A stretch of 64,000 nucleotides of DNA. It comes from a virus. Taxonomy: Duplodnaviria; Caudoviricetes. The translations under genes and the position numbers were made by a program. Under the pieces are notes generated by a model. That model saw nothing but the letters and a program-made list of their open reading frames with translations, searched no databases and had not been told where the DNA came from. Location of the stretch: the IMG/VR virus record IMGVR_UViG_3300015615_000196, positions 160,001-224,000 of that record, one strand, 5' to 3'. The number at the start of each line of letters is the position of its first letter. Position 1 is the first letter of the stretch. Below, piece by piece: positions 1-9,925 of the stretch.

Positions 1-731
1 ACATTGATAATCGGGTTACGACAGTTCTCGTCATTTTCATCCATCGATACACATCCAATGTCCGGTGTCTCTTTGAAAATCTTCAATAACACTTCCAATG
101 AACTCTCGGCTTTGTTTCGTAAATCAATTTGATTGGTATCACCAAGACAAATGATTTTCGAGTTTTCTCCGATACGTGTCATCAAAGTTCTTGCGTTATC
201 AACACTTACGTTTTGAGTTTCGTCAAGAATGATAATGCTGTTGTCGAGATTTGTACCTCTGATGTATGCCAACGGTAAAAAATGAATGATGCTGCTTTCG
301 AACAATCCATCAACATTGGTGATTGAGAAGAGTTTCTTTGCATTGCTCTTAAAACTTTCCATGAACGGATCAACCTTTTCTCTAAGATCGCCTTTCAAAA
401 AACCAAGTTCTTCATTTTTAAGTACGGTGACTGATTTTACCAACAGAATTTTCTGGTACATATTTCCACGTTCACGGAGTAACGATAGTGCCATGTAAAT
501 TGAACATAAGGTTTTTCCTGTTCCTGCTCTACCATTACAGATCGTGATCTGGTTTTCTTTTATCGACTTCAACAACTTTTTTTGACTCTCGTTCTTCGCA
601 CTCAAGTTTACCTTCTCAACAACCATGCTGCTGATAAGGTCTTTTTGTCGTGTGTTAATTTCCTCCTTATTTATTTCAAAGGATTCAATATTCTTCTTTT
701 TCTTCGTAGTACTCTTTGAGTTTTTACCCAT
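1..731 (-). CDS. phoH: PhoH-family ATPase (3' end runs off the window)
   Basis: Not in the ORF track; translated by hand from ATG at 731: MGKNSK...NGRAGTGKT (Walker A)...LGFLKGDLREKVDPF...LAYIRG...IILDETQN...TRIGENSKIICLGDTNQIDL...RNPII, which are PhoH motifs. Confidence 0.95.
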   Translation of the reverse strand, partial: MGKNSKSTTKKKKNIESFEINKEEINTRQKDLISSMVVEKVNLSAKNESQKKLLKSIKENQITICNGRAGTGKTLCSIYMALSLLRERGNMYQKILLVKSVTVLKNEELGFLKGDLREKVDPFMESFKSNAKKLFSITNVDGLFESSIIHFLPLAYIRGTNLDNSIIILDETQNVSVDNARTLMTRIGENSKIICLGDTNQIDLRNKAESSLEVLLKIFKETPDIGCVSMDENDENCRNPIIN

Positions 732-944
732 TGTTGTGACAACTAATTTTATTTTTTATTAGTATTAGCGAGTGTCCAAACATTCACCACAATAGCGAAT
801 AATTATCCTATGGCCTGAACCTCACCTTTGCGTTTCATCCCATAGCGGGAGTGTTTAACACAACTAACACTTATAATATTATTTCCTCTTTAGTATATTA
901 TACGGAAAACTTAATTAAATCTTGAAAAATTATTTAAGATTTAC

Positions 945-951
945 TATTTAT
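945..951 (+). promoter_or_regulatory. TATTTAT putative late-promoter motif (one of ~10 intergenic copies)
   Basis: Same heptamer at 2118, 5089, 18598, 19726, 27102, 30655, 34545, 44137 and 49364, mostly shortly upstream of virion gene starts. Confidence 0.65.
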
Positions 952-970
952 TATAAAAAAGTATAACACT

Positions 971-1876
971 ATGGATGACAATAAAGATGTGAAGAAGTCC
1001 TTGGACAACTTCTACAACAACAGAAAAGAAGAGAAAACGGCAGCTACTGCAACCGTACCCCTTCAAAACGACAAACCTGCAATGCCTAAGTATGAATCGG
1101 CAGAGTATGATCAAAAGATCAATCAAATGATGAAAGATTCAGACCTTGAGGTAGGGTTCGATACTGTTAAATTACCCTCAAAAGGTATATTTTACCGTAG
1201 TAAGATCGGTGAACTCGTAGTCGAATATCTTACATCAAAGGACGAAGACATCCTTACAACTCCTGCACTTATCGAGAACAATACACTCGTTGACGTTCTC
1301 TTGAGAAAGAAAATCAAGTCAAAAGGGTTAGAGGTTGAGGAAATGCTTGCCGGGGACAAGAACGCCATACTGGTGTTTTTAAGAGCATCCTCATACGGTA
1401 AGAACTACGATGTCAATGTAACCGATCCATTTACCCAAAACGTATTCAAGTCGTCTGTAGACCTCACCAAACTCAAATACAAGGACATTCAGACTCTACC
1501 TGATGAAAATCTCTTGTTCTCGGTGGAACTTCCTATGCGTAAGAAATGGGTGAAGTTCAGATTGATCACGGATAATGAACTCAAGAAAATCATCAAGCAA
1601 GCCGAAACCAAAAAAGATGCTACTGGTGAACCGTTTCTTGAATTGCTCACCATGAGACTTAAAGCTGCAATCGTAAGTATCGAAGGCAACAAAGACCGTG
1701 CATACATCAGCAAGTTTGTTGATGCAATGCCAGCACTTGACTCGTTGACCTTGAGACGTAAGATTGATGAAGTAACTCCTGACGTAGACTTTAGCTACGA
1801 ATTCGTATCACCTGCTGGTTACACATTTGAAGCTGGCATTTCTGTAGGAGCAGATTTCTTCTTCCCAAAAACTTAG
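971..1876 (+). CDS. Tail assembly chaperone / baseplate hub assembly protein (T4 gp26-like)
   Basis: LPSKGIFY, YLTSKDEDIL and C-terminal FFFP motifs; lies just upstream of the tape measure gene. Confidence 0.7.
   Translation: MDDNKDVKKSLDNFYNNRKEEKTAATATVPLQNDKPAMPKYESAEYDQKINQMMKDSDLEVGFDTVKLPSKGIFYRSKIGELVVEYLTSKDEDILTTPALIENNTLVDVLLRKKIKSKGLEVEEMLAGDKNAILVFLRASSYGKNYDVNVTDPFTQNVFKSSVDLTKLKYKDIQTLPDENLLFSVELPMRKKWVKFRLITDNELKKIIKQAETKKDATGEPFLELLTMRLKAAIVSIEGNKDRAYISKFVDAMPALDSLTLRRKIDEVTPDVDFSYEFVSPAGYTFEAGISVGADFFFPKT
1864..1870 (+). other. -1 programmed ribosomal frameshift slippery heptamer C CCA AAA
   Basis: X XXY YYZ heptamer ending one codon before the TAG stop; the -1 frame is open (NLAGKYKE) into ORF 1894-2076. 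Confidence 0.7.
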
Positions 1877-1893
1877 CGGGAAAGTATAAAGAG

Positions 1894-2076
1894 ATGGTGA
1901 TGCAGGAAATCTATATACTGCAAAAACACGCCAACTTTTCCGCGCAATATATAGAATCGATTCCTACTTGGAAGAGACGATACTTCATTAACCTGCTCGA
2001 ACAAGAGGTTGAAGAAACCAAACGTCAACAGGAGGCATCGGTGCGAAGAGCCAAATCCGCTACAAGACGCAAATAA
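1894..2076 (+). CDS. Tail chaperone 'T' segment (likely made as a frameshift fusion with 971-1876)
   Basis: 60 aa ORF in the -1 frame of the upstream gene, immediately before the tape measure gene. Confidence 0.65.
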   Translation: MVMQEIYILQKHANFSAQYIESIPTWKRRYFINLLEQEVEETKRQQEASVRRAKSATRRK

Positions 2077-2081
2077 CATTG

Positions 2082-2110
2082 AAAATCCAGTTTTTGACTG
2101 GATTTTTTGT
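2082..2110 (+). terminator. Rho-independent terminator
   Basis: AAAATCCAGT / ACTGGATTTT inverted repeat followed by a T-run. Confidence 0.7.
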
Positions 2111-2143
2111 TTCTACCTATTTATGAATATCCGATAAAGCAGC

Positions 2144-4651
2144 ATGGCAAAAAAGGTCAACAAAGGCGATTTCGACAAGAATGTAAACGACCAAATCAGG
2201 GGGTACAACACACTCATTGATCTTCAAAAAAGAGAATTGAGCGGGTTGAGTCATATCTTCGACCTTGAAGCACAACGTGTCAAGCAACAACTCTCCCTTC
2301 AACAAGCTGAGAACGAACGAAATGTCCGTATGCAAAACTATATGGACTTGCAGCAAAAAGCTGCACAAGGTCAAGCGACCATCAGCAAGGCTACGTTGAC
2401 TGCAATTGAAAAACAACTCAAGAAAGAAACTGATCGTATCAAAGTTTTGAAGACTCAAGAAAAAATCTTGAGCACAATCTCGAAGATGGGATTCGGTAAT
2501 CTCCAAAACTTTATCGCAGAATTAAACAAACTTAACGTATTCAACGACAAACCAATTCGTGAAGCAATTCAGGAAATGGGATTCGGTGCTGAGAAGGGCC
2601 AATTGATCCGTCAAGCATTTTACGAAGCTGCTCCGAAGGCTGCACAATTGGGTGCATCAATGAAAGAGTTGGCTGAGATTCAAAGATCGTATACGGAAGA
2701 ATCAGGTCGTGCACTCGCATTCACTGGTAAACAACTTACAGATGTGACTGAAATTGCAAAGGGAACAAGACTCGGTGTAACCGAAGCTGGTAAACTTGCA
2801 GCACAGTTTGAACTTCTCGGTGTGAACACGGCAACTGCAAAAGATGCAATTCAAGGAATCGTAGACTCTTCTGAAAGAATGGGAGTAAACGTAAATAAGG
2901 TTTTGAAAGTCGTTAGCGGTAACTTCAAGCAACTCAACACGTTCGCCTTCAAAGAAGGTGTGAAGGGTATGGCGAAGATGGCACAATACGCTGAGAAATT
3001 CAAAGTTGATTTCAACGACTCAATCAATAGTGCTGGTCAAGCAAGAACACTTGAAGGTGCAATCGAAATGGCTGCACAACTTCAAACATTGGGAGGTGAA
3101 TTTACAAAGTCCGATCCATTCGAACTTTTCCATCTTTCACGTAACGACCCGGCTAAGTTCACACAGAAGTTGAACGAAATGACGAAGGGCATGGCCCAAC
3201 TTGTTAAGACCGCAGACGGATTCCAATTCCAAGTTTCACCTATGGATTTGGATAGACTTCGTGTTGCTGCTGAGGCAACTGGTCAGAGTTTCGATAATCT
3301 TGTTCAGCAAGCCCAAAGAATGGGTGAGATTCAAGCAATGAACCGTCAAATGGCAGGAACTGCTTTCAGCAAACAAGATCGTGAACTCATTCAGTCAATG
3401 GCAAAACTTGATACCAAGTCAGGTATCTACAAAGTATTAGGTAAAGACATCAATAAACTTTCTCAACAAGAAATTGAATCGTTGAAGATTCAACAGAACA
3501 CGTTGAAACAAAGAGCGGAAGCATCGCAAACTTTCGATGAAAAATTCCAAAACACAATTGAGTCGATGAAGTTAACACTTCTTCCGATTCTTGATGGGAT
3601 CAATGCCGTGTTCGATACAATCCATCCATACTTGAAAGGTATTGCTGATTGGATGGGATCAATGCCGAAGTGGATGAAGAGCGGACTTGGTTTCGCTGGA
3701 TTACTTGTTGGTGGTGGCGTACTTCTTGGTAAAGCTGCTGCTGCATTCAAAGCAATTCCATTCCTCGGAAACTTAATCGGAGGTGGTGCTGGTAAAGTTG
3801 CGACATCTGCTGGCGGTGGTGTTGCCTCTGCTTTAGGTGGAGGTGGCGGGGCTGCTGGTGGTGGTAGTTTCGGGGCTGGTGCAGGTAAGGGTGCAGGGGT
3901 CGGTCTGGCTGCTGCCGGAATAGGGGCAGGTATTGGTGTCGCGGCTGTAGGAATTGCGAAATTGGCCGATTCTATGGCAAAATTGAACGATAAACAGGTA
4001 GATGCCCTTAAAACCATAGGCATGACTTTGGCCATTACATTCCCTCTTGCAGCAATCGGAATTGGTATCGTAGCTGCTGTGGCTGCTCCTGCAACTCCGG
4101 TATTGCTGGCTCTCGGTGCTGCCGTATTTTTGGTTGGTGCTGCTGTGGGTATTGCTGCTGCCGGAATTGGTTATATGGCTCAAGGATTTTCAACATTGTT
4201 GACATCTGCTGAACCTGAAAAAGTATTCGCACTTGCTGCTGGAATTTATGCACTCGGTGGAGCAATGATGGCTCTCGGTGCAGGTAGCATTGTCTCGTTG
4301 TTTACTGGTGGAGGTGTTCTTGCTGAACTTGCAATTGTTGCAGCACTCGCACCTCAATTGAACAAAGTCGGAGAATCATTCAAAAATATTGGTGCAGTAC
4401 TCAATGCAAATCCTGAGTCAATGCAGAGATTCAAAGAAACATTGGATTCAATCTCCAACTTCAAAGCCAACAGTGGTATCTCTGAGTTGAAAGGATTGTT
4501 TGAGAAGCCATTGAAGGTTGAATTTGCTGATAAGAACGTTTCAATGAATATCGATATTTCACTTGAAGTAGATTCTGATGTTCTTGCTAAGAAGACAGCT
4601 AAGAAGATTGTTGTTCTACACAATGATCAACAACAGGGTAGAGCAAGTTAA
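2144..4651 (+). CDS. Tape measure protein
   Basis: 835 aa, helical Ala/Gln/Lys-rich N-terminal half, Gly/Ala-rich hydrophobic segments in the C-terminal half; between tail chaperone and baseplate genes. Confidence 0.85.
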   Translation: MAKKVNKGDFDKNVNDQIRGYNTLIDLQKRELSGLSHIFDLEAQRVKQQLSLQQAENERNVRMQNYMDLQQKAAQGQATISKATLTAIEKQLKKETDRIKVLKTQEKILSTISKMGFGNLQNFIAELNKLNVFNDKPIREAIQEMGFGAEKGQLIRQAFYEAAPKAAQLGASMKELAEIQRSYTEESGRALAFTGKQLTDVTEIAKGTRLGVTEAGKLAAQFELLGVNTATAKDAIQGIVDSSERMGVNVNKVLKVVSGNFKQLNTFAFKEGVKGMAKMAQYAEKFKVDFNDSINSAGQARTLEGAIEMAAQLQTLGGEFTKSDPFELFHLSRNDPAKFTQKLNEMTKGMAQLVKTADGFQFQVSPMDLDRLRVAAEATGQSFDNLVQQAQRMGEIQAMNRQMAGTAFSKQDRELIQSMAKLDTKSGIYKVLGKDINKLSQQEIESLKIQQNTLKQRAEASQTFDEKFQNTIESMKLTLLPILDGINAVFDTIHPYLKGIADWMGSMPKWMKSGLGFAGLLVGGGVLLGKAAAAFKAIPFLGNLIGGGAGKVATSAGGGVASALGGGGGAAGGGSFGAGAGKGAGVGLAAAGIGAGIGVAAVGIAKLADSMAKLNDKQVDALKTIGMTLAITFPLAAIGIGIVAAVAAPATPVLLALGAAVFLVGAAVGIAAAGIGYMAQGFSTLLTSAEPEKVFALAAGIYALGGAMMALGAGSIVSLFTGGGVLAELAIVAALAPQLNKVGESFKNIGAVLNANPESMQRFKETLDSISNFKANSGISELKGLFEKPLKVEFADKNVSMNIDISLEVDSDVLAKKTAKKIVVLHNDQQQGRAS

Positions 4652-5101
4652 TGGCATTAACATTGGCCCCCTTAATATGAAATAATTAAGGTTAAAAAAA
4701 TAACCTTGAAACTCAATTTACTTCGTTAGGAACGGTGTAAGGATGGACTCTCCCCTACCCATAAACCTATAGATTTTGAGGTGAGTCCTTCACATGATAC
4801 TTCGTTGAGGTATCGGTGTAATACAACCGTAGGTGGTGTACTATCTCTCGCTACTTGTGATAATTTCCTACTTACCAGTTAAGAACCCTTCGAGATTTAG
4901 GAGTGGGTGTATGCAAATCTTAACTCCCCTTTGGCAGCATACTTTAGGGATTGCCTACATGCCAAAGGTGTTTACCCAACCATGTAGGAAACGCAATCAT
5001 AGCCAGAAAATACCAGAAATAAAAATCGGGGTTCAAAATTGGCCCGTAACACGCTGAGGAATAGCAAGAAAACTATTCAAAAAATGCGTATTTATGGTAG
5101 A

Positions 5102-8020
5102 ATGGCAAACATCCGTACAAATTCAGAATATGATCAAATTCGTAACGCTTTAACAGCAAGAAACCTGTTTACGCCCACGAATCCGTATCAAATCGACAGT
5201 CCAAGACTTGTTACTGCAATCAATAGCATTGCAGGTTTGATACCGGGAAAGTCATTTGACATCACGAACACGGTCATCGGGAGACTTGCGGGGCCAAATA
5301 CACCAATTGCACAGATTGGTCTTCAACAGTACAGTAAGCACTTGGCGCAGAGCGTTACAAGCTATGCAATCTCTGATGCACTTCCTGCTGTAAATTTAAG
5401 AAATCTTTTCGATGGTGATCCGACAACGAGATTGCTTACCAAGAAAGAAGACTATCGAATCACAAGAGACGAAACGAAGACATCGATTGGTAGAATCATT
5501 GAAGACATCACCAATCAAAGTCCGAAGTTATCGAACAGTGTTTTCACTGGCGTAGGTAACTTAGCACCGTTTGATAAAACCCCGAATCAGTTTGATTACA
5601 TTCGAAACACAGGTAAGGGACAATTGAATCAATACTATGGTTCAATCGGCAAGAATTTATACATTCAGACGAGCGAAGATTTTATTGCTGTTGCTTCTGA
5701 TCAGGGTTATAAAATCAACAAGGTTACAAAGACATTGTTGAACAAGACATTCTTCCCTACTAATGATCCAGATAATTTTCCGTTCGGTCAAGATGCGAGT
5801 GATGACGTGCGTTCTGAAATCGTATTGTTCAGAGAAACAAGTCCTGAGCAAAGAATTTCTGAATACGGTAGCAATGCAACGACTACGGCAATGGGTAAGG
5901 CCAAGAAGACGCAGTTGCCGAACAAAGCACAGAACTTACCTAATCAGGAACGCGATGATGATTTTGAATTCGAGACAACTGGTTTCGGATTTGTTGAAGA
6001 CACGAGCAACCAAATTATTTGGGGTCGTGATGAAGATTTTGCAAACAAGTACGGTGTACGTGCCGGAGCATTGCTTTACACCAAAGGTTTATTGCAAGCA
6101 AGAGGTGCAAGAGCGTATTTTGATCAAACCAAAAAGAAATATACTGCCCGTGATGGTAGTTTGATGTACAATGGTTCTCCGTTGACCAGAGAAATCGATG
6201 GAACGGTTAATCGTAGCAGACAGCATACAGTGCTTGATCCGTACAACAACTATGCGAAGGCAATTCGATTCACGGGTAACAGCGTTTACAACGCACCGTC
6301 TGAATCAGTAATCAATAAGACAGTAATTCCAAAATTCCATCCGATAGTTAAGTCGAACAAGGAAGTTGACAATACAAACATGATGTTCTCGATTGAGAAC
6401 TTGGCGTATGTGTTGAATGACAAAGGTTATCTCGGTGATCACAAGGGTACAAAAGTACCGATTAGTGAAGTCGGCCCAAGCAAAGGACGTTTGATGTGGT
6501 TTGCACCTTACAATGTTGAGGTGAATGAAACTGCAATGGCAAAATATGAAACAACACAGTTCATTGGACGAAGCGAACCGTTGTATACGTATCAATCATC
6601 GGAAAGAACAGCAAGACTTTCTTTCAAGTTGATTGTTGACTACCCGCCACAAGTTGACGGACAGTCGCATGGTGACATTTCAAAGTTCTTTGCATTCGGT
6701 GGTAAGTTCAACGCAAGTGATTTGAATAACGTTGACATTGACAAAGAACAAGCTAAGTTGAAAGACTTAGAAGCACAGCACGATGCAATCAAGGAAACAG
6801 AAACGTTGACACCGCCTCAAGATTTGAAAGTTGGTGATCCAGTTAAATTCTATTTCCACAATGACGGTCGTGATGTAAAGTTTGATGTTGACAATGGATA
6901 CGAGAATGGAAATCCTTCATCGAGTGGGGATAGTACCAACTATGGATTGAACCAACCTTTCCTTAATGACGTAAACACTCTTATCACGCAAATCTTAAAT
7001 CCAACAACCGCGAAATACTATTCATTAAGTTTTCTTGGTAGTGCAAGTAGATTGTATTACGATAAAACATTGCAAGCTGGTTACAACAAGCAATTAGGTT
7101 TGGATCGTGCAAAGAGTCTTCAACAATACATCGAAAAAATATTTGCAACTGCCAACAACGGATTGACTTTCGCAAAGGCAGGAGTAAAAGTAGCAATCAA
7201 CACGATTGGTTCTGACACAGGATCAACGGCAGGTGCACTCACAGCAAACATTTCAAAGAAACCAGTAAAGGAAGAAAGATATGCTGTGGTACGTGTTTCT
7301 GCAAGTGGTGTTCAAGAGAAGAAGACAATTCCGCTCACACCAAGTCAAGTAGCACAGAAGGCAGTTCTTGAAGATCAGATCAACAAAACAAAGGAACTTA
7401 TCAATCAAGCATCGAAAGTTCAGAGTGACGAAAGATTTTTCAATCCGATTAAGAGAAGCGATAGAGCATTGAGAGGTTTTGAGGCAATGAAAAAAATCAT
7501 CTTCTCACCTGCCTTTCACTCACAGACACCGGAAGACTTCCATAGACGATTAACGTTCTTACATCAGTGTACAAGACAAGGTAACTCTGTCATCAACACG
7601 TCAACTACACAGTCAGGAATTGCTGCACCAATAAATTCAGTATTTGGTCGTCCACCAATTTGTATCTTGAGACTTGGTGATATGTTTCACAGTAAAGTGG
7701 TAATTGAAACAGTCGATTTCGATTTCTCGGAATCAGTATGGGATGTGAATCCAGAAGGTATGGGTATGCAGTTTATGATTGCAGACGTTACGCTTTCAAT
7801 GAAGATCATTGGTGGTCAGTCGTTGAAGAGTGCAATTGATGTCATCCAGAACGCAGAGAGTTTCAACTACTATGCAAATTCAACTTACTTCGTCAACGAT
7901 GTTTATCGTTATGCACGTAAAGTGGAAGAAGCACAGACCCAAGCAAATGAAACATTGTTGAATGCAAAACAGAAGGCACGTTTCGGAAATAACACGAATG
8001 GAAGCGGAGACAACATTTAA
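5102..8020 (+). CDS. Baseplate / tail-tube-initiator-like protein with an inserted OmpA-like domain
   Basis: ATG 5102 follows TATTTAT (the track's 5039 start is less likely). IGRSEPLYTYQSSER and PPICILRLGDMF..WD resemble contractile-tail tube-initiator motifs; GSAS...NKQLGLDRAKSL resembles the OmpA peptidoglycan-binding motif. Confidence 0.6.
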   Translation: MANIRTNSEYDQIRNALTARNLFTPTNPYQIDSPRLVTAINSIAGLIPGKSFDITNTVIGRLAGPNTPIAQIGLQQYSKHLAQSVTSYAISDALPAVNLRNLFDGDPTTRLLTKKEDYRITRDETKTSIGRIIEDITNQSPKLSNSVFTGVGNLAPFDKTPNQFDYIRNTGKGQLNQYYGSIGKNLYIQTSEDFIAVASDQGYKINKVTKTLLNKTFFPTNDPDNFPFGQDASDDVRSEIVLFRETSPEQRISEYGSNATTTAMGKAKKTQLPNKAQNLPNQERDDDFEFETTGFGFVEDTSNQIIWGRDEDFANKYGVRAGALLYTKGLLQARGARAYFDQTKKKYTARDGSLMYNGSPLTREIDGTVNRSRQHTVLDPYNNYAKAIRFTGNSVYNAPSESVINKTVIPKFHPIVKSNKEVDNTNMMFSIENLAYVLNDKGYLGDHKGTKVPISEVGPSKGRLMWFAPYNVEVNETAMAKYETTQFIGRSEPLYTYQSSERTARLSFKLIVDYPPQVDGQSHGDISKFFAFGGKFNASDLNNVDIDKEQAKLKDLEAQHDAIKETETLTPPQDLKVGDPVKFYFHNDGRDVKFDVDNGYENGNPSSSGDSTNYGLNQPFLNDVNTLITQILNPTTAKYYSLSFLGSASRLYYDKTLQAGYNKQLGLDRAKSLQQYIEKIFATANNGLTFAKAGVKVAINTIGSDTGSTAGALTANISKKPVKEERYAVVRVSASGVQEKKTIPLTPSQVAQKAVLEDQINKTKELINQASKVQSDERFFNPIKRSDRALRGFEAMKKIIFSPAFHSQTPEDFHRRLTFLHQCTRQGNSVINTSTTQSGIAAPINSVFGRPPICILRLGDMFHSKVVIETVDFDFSESVWDVNPEGMGMQFMIADVTLSMKIIGGQSLKSAIDVIQNAESFNYYANSTYFVNDVYRYARKVEEAQTQANETLLNAKQKARFGNNTNGSGDNI

Positions 8021-8022
8021 GT

Positions 8023-8337
8023 ATGGCACGTAAAGACTACGATAGATACGAAATCATGAAAAACACCGATGGAACCATTGATTGGTTGCCATTCGTGCCG
8101 ATTTCAAAGAATGATTCTGACTTGAGCGAATTATGGGTTCAAGGTAGAAGCCGATTGGACAAATTGGCATTAAAATACTACAATAACCCATTTTATGATT
8201 TCTTGATCCTTTATGCCAACCCTCAGTATATCGATCAGTTTGACATCCCGGACGGTACGTTGATTCGTATACCTTTTCCACTCAACAGAGTAAAACTCGA
8301 ATACGAAACATTTTTGAGAACGTACAAGGAAAGTTAA
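8023..8337 (+). CDS. Baseplate wedge protein, LysM/gp53/tail-X-like
   Basis: RLDKLALKYY...ILYANP...IPDGTLIRIP pattern. Confidence 0.75.
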   Translation: MARKDYDRYEIMKNTDGTIDWLPFVPISKNDSDLSELWVQGRSRLDKLALKYYNNPFYDFLILYANPQYIDQFDIPDGTLIRIPFPLNRVKLEYETFLRTYKES

Positions 8338-8348
8338 TCTTTTTTTGT

Positions 8349-8356
8349 TATGTTTG
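8349..8356 (+). promoter_or_regulatory. Bacteroidota-type -7 promoter element TATGTTTG ahead of the glycosylation cluster
   Basis: Matches TAnnTTTG, just upstream of ATG 8363. Confidence 0.45.
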
Positions 8357-8362
8357 CTCACT

Positions 8363-9073
8363 ATGAAAAAACTGTCCGTAGTATTCAGTAGTCACCACTC
8401 TGACGAAGACAATCAAAAATTTATAGATCATCTGAAAACCACTGTTGGTACGGGGGTTGACTTTCATGTTGAATGCGTGAAGAACATGAATGAGTTCTCG
8501 TTGACGCAAGCCTACAACATTGGATGGAAACGCTTGGATGATTTGGATAGAGGAAAAGACATCATTGTTTTTTGTCACAACGACATTACGATTTTAACGA
8601 AGGGTTGGGGAAAGAAATTGTTGTTCTTTTTTAGCAATTTTTCAGACTACGATATTCTCGGAATTGCTGGAACTACGGAATTGAATGAACATGGGTGCTG
8701 GTGGTTGGGTAAAGATCAAAAGATGAATGCAACCAAGATGTTCGGCAGGGTGTGGCACACAAATGGAATCAGAAATTGGGAGAGTGTTTACTCTCCAAGT
8801 ATCTCAGGAGTAAAGGAAGCGGTGATTGTTGACGGTTTATTTATTGCAGTCAATGGTGAAACGGTCTTGAAACGCTTCAATGAGACGTTCACAAACTTCC
8901 ACTTTTACGACATCACCTTTTGTTTCGACAATTATTTGGAAGGATGTAATATCGGGGTCATTGATAAAATATCGGTACTCCATCAGTCAGTTGGACAAAC
9001 CAACGATAAGTGGGAAGCCAACAGACAGCAATTCGCGGAGACATACCGTGAAGAATTACCAGTATCAATATGA
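8363..9073 (+). CDS. Glycosyltransferase, GT2-like
   Basis: SLTQAYNIG, VFCHNDI, GIAG, VDGLFIA, FHFYD motifs; start at ATG 8363 (MKKLSVV). Confidence 0.85.
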   Translation: MKKLSVVFSSHHSDEDNQKFIDHLKTTVGTGVDFHVECVKNMNEFSLTQAYNIGWKRLDDLDRGKDIIVFCHNDITILTKGWGKKLLFFFSNFSDYDILGIAGTTELNEHGCWWLGKDQKMNATKMFGRVWHTNGIRNWESVYSPSISGVKEAVIVDGLFIAVNGETVLKRFNETFTNFHFYDITFCFDNYLEGCNIGVIDKISVLHQSVGQTNDKWEANRQQFAETYREELPVSI

Positions 9074-9279
9074 TGTTAGAATTTCAAAATCCAATACCAG
9101 TCATCGTTGAAGGCAACAAAGAAGGTTATGCAATATACGTGACGAACGGTGGTGCTTTTGAAAATGATTTTTGGTGTGTGACTCTTTGTGATGGCGGTAT
9201 GGTTAGACATTACCGTAGTGATCAGATCAAGATTCACCATAACGCGACTTTAGATTTAAAAAAACATGATAACAGTTGA
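9070..9279 (+). CDS. Hypothetical protein
   Basis: 69 aa ORF translationally coupled to both neighbours. Confidence 0.7.
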   Translation: MMLEFQNPIPVIVEGNKEGYAIYVTNGGAFENDFWCVTLCDGGMVRHYRSDQIKIHHNATLDLKKHDNS

Positions 9280-9925
9280 TAAACTACACGAAGACTTTGA
9301 CGATACATTGCCGATCTCTGTGATCGTACCAATGAGCGAGAAGCGCAAGCACTTCTTCTACAACTTTGTGTACCCCCTGTTGGAAGCCAACAGACCAGCC
9401 GAAATTATCGTCAACAGTAACTTTGGTGGAGCACCGAAGAAAAGAAATGATGGGTTCGACAAATCAACCCAACCCTACGTATTTTTCTGCGATGATGACA
9501 TCTTGCTTGCAGCAGACTACTTCAAGAAATTGTATGATCTGTTACAGAAGAATCCGAACAAAGCATACGCTTACACCGGGTACTACGGGATTGTGATGCA
9601 TCCAGAAACGCATCCGTTGAAGAATAATTTTCAGATACCATCAATACCTTTCAATGCTGAAAGATTGAGACAAGGAAATTTTATTTCAACAATGTCTCTT
9701 GTTCGTAGAGAGGCTTTTCCGCGATTTGATGAATCTCTCAAGAGACTTCAAGATTGGGACTTATGGTTAACAATGCTTGAAAATGGACATGAAGGAGTTC
9801 TTTTGGAAGGTAAAGAGAATATGTATCATGCATATTACCTTGATGAAGGAATTACTTCCAACAGCAACAATGAACAAGCAGGACTCATGGCTGTTGTGAC
9901 TAAACATAATTTATTAGGCCGTTGA
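9266..9925 (+). CDS. Glycosyltransferase family 2
   Basis: ISVIVP, RNDGF, FFCDDD (DxD), QDWDLWL. Confidence 0.9.
   Translation: MITVDKLHEDFDDTLPISVIVPMSEKRKHFFYNFVYPLLEANRPAEIIVNSNFGGAPKKRNDGFDKSTQPYVFFCDDDILLAADYFKKLYDLLQKNPNKAYAYTGYYGIVMHPETHPLKNNFQIPSIPFNAERLRQGNFISTMSLVRREAFPRFDESLKRLQDWDLWLTMLENGHEGVLLEGKENMYHAYYLDEGITSNSNNEQAGLMAVVTKHNLLGR

Noticed and set aside
3490-4035. 181 aa Pro/Ala-rich minus-strand ORF, and similar antisense ORFs at 36283-36810 and 46349-46948
   Set aside because: Antisense shadows of Gly/Ala/Ser-rich sense genes
5039-5101. TTG start extension of the baseplate ORF
   Set aside because: ATG 5102 directly follows the TATTTAT motif and is the more plausible start
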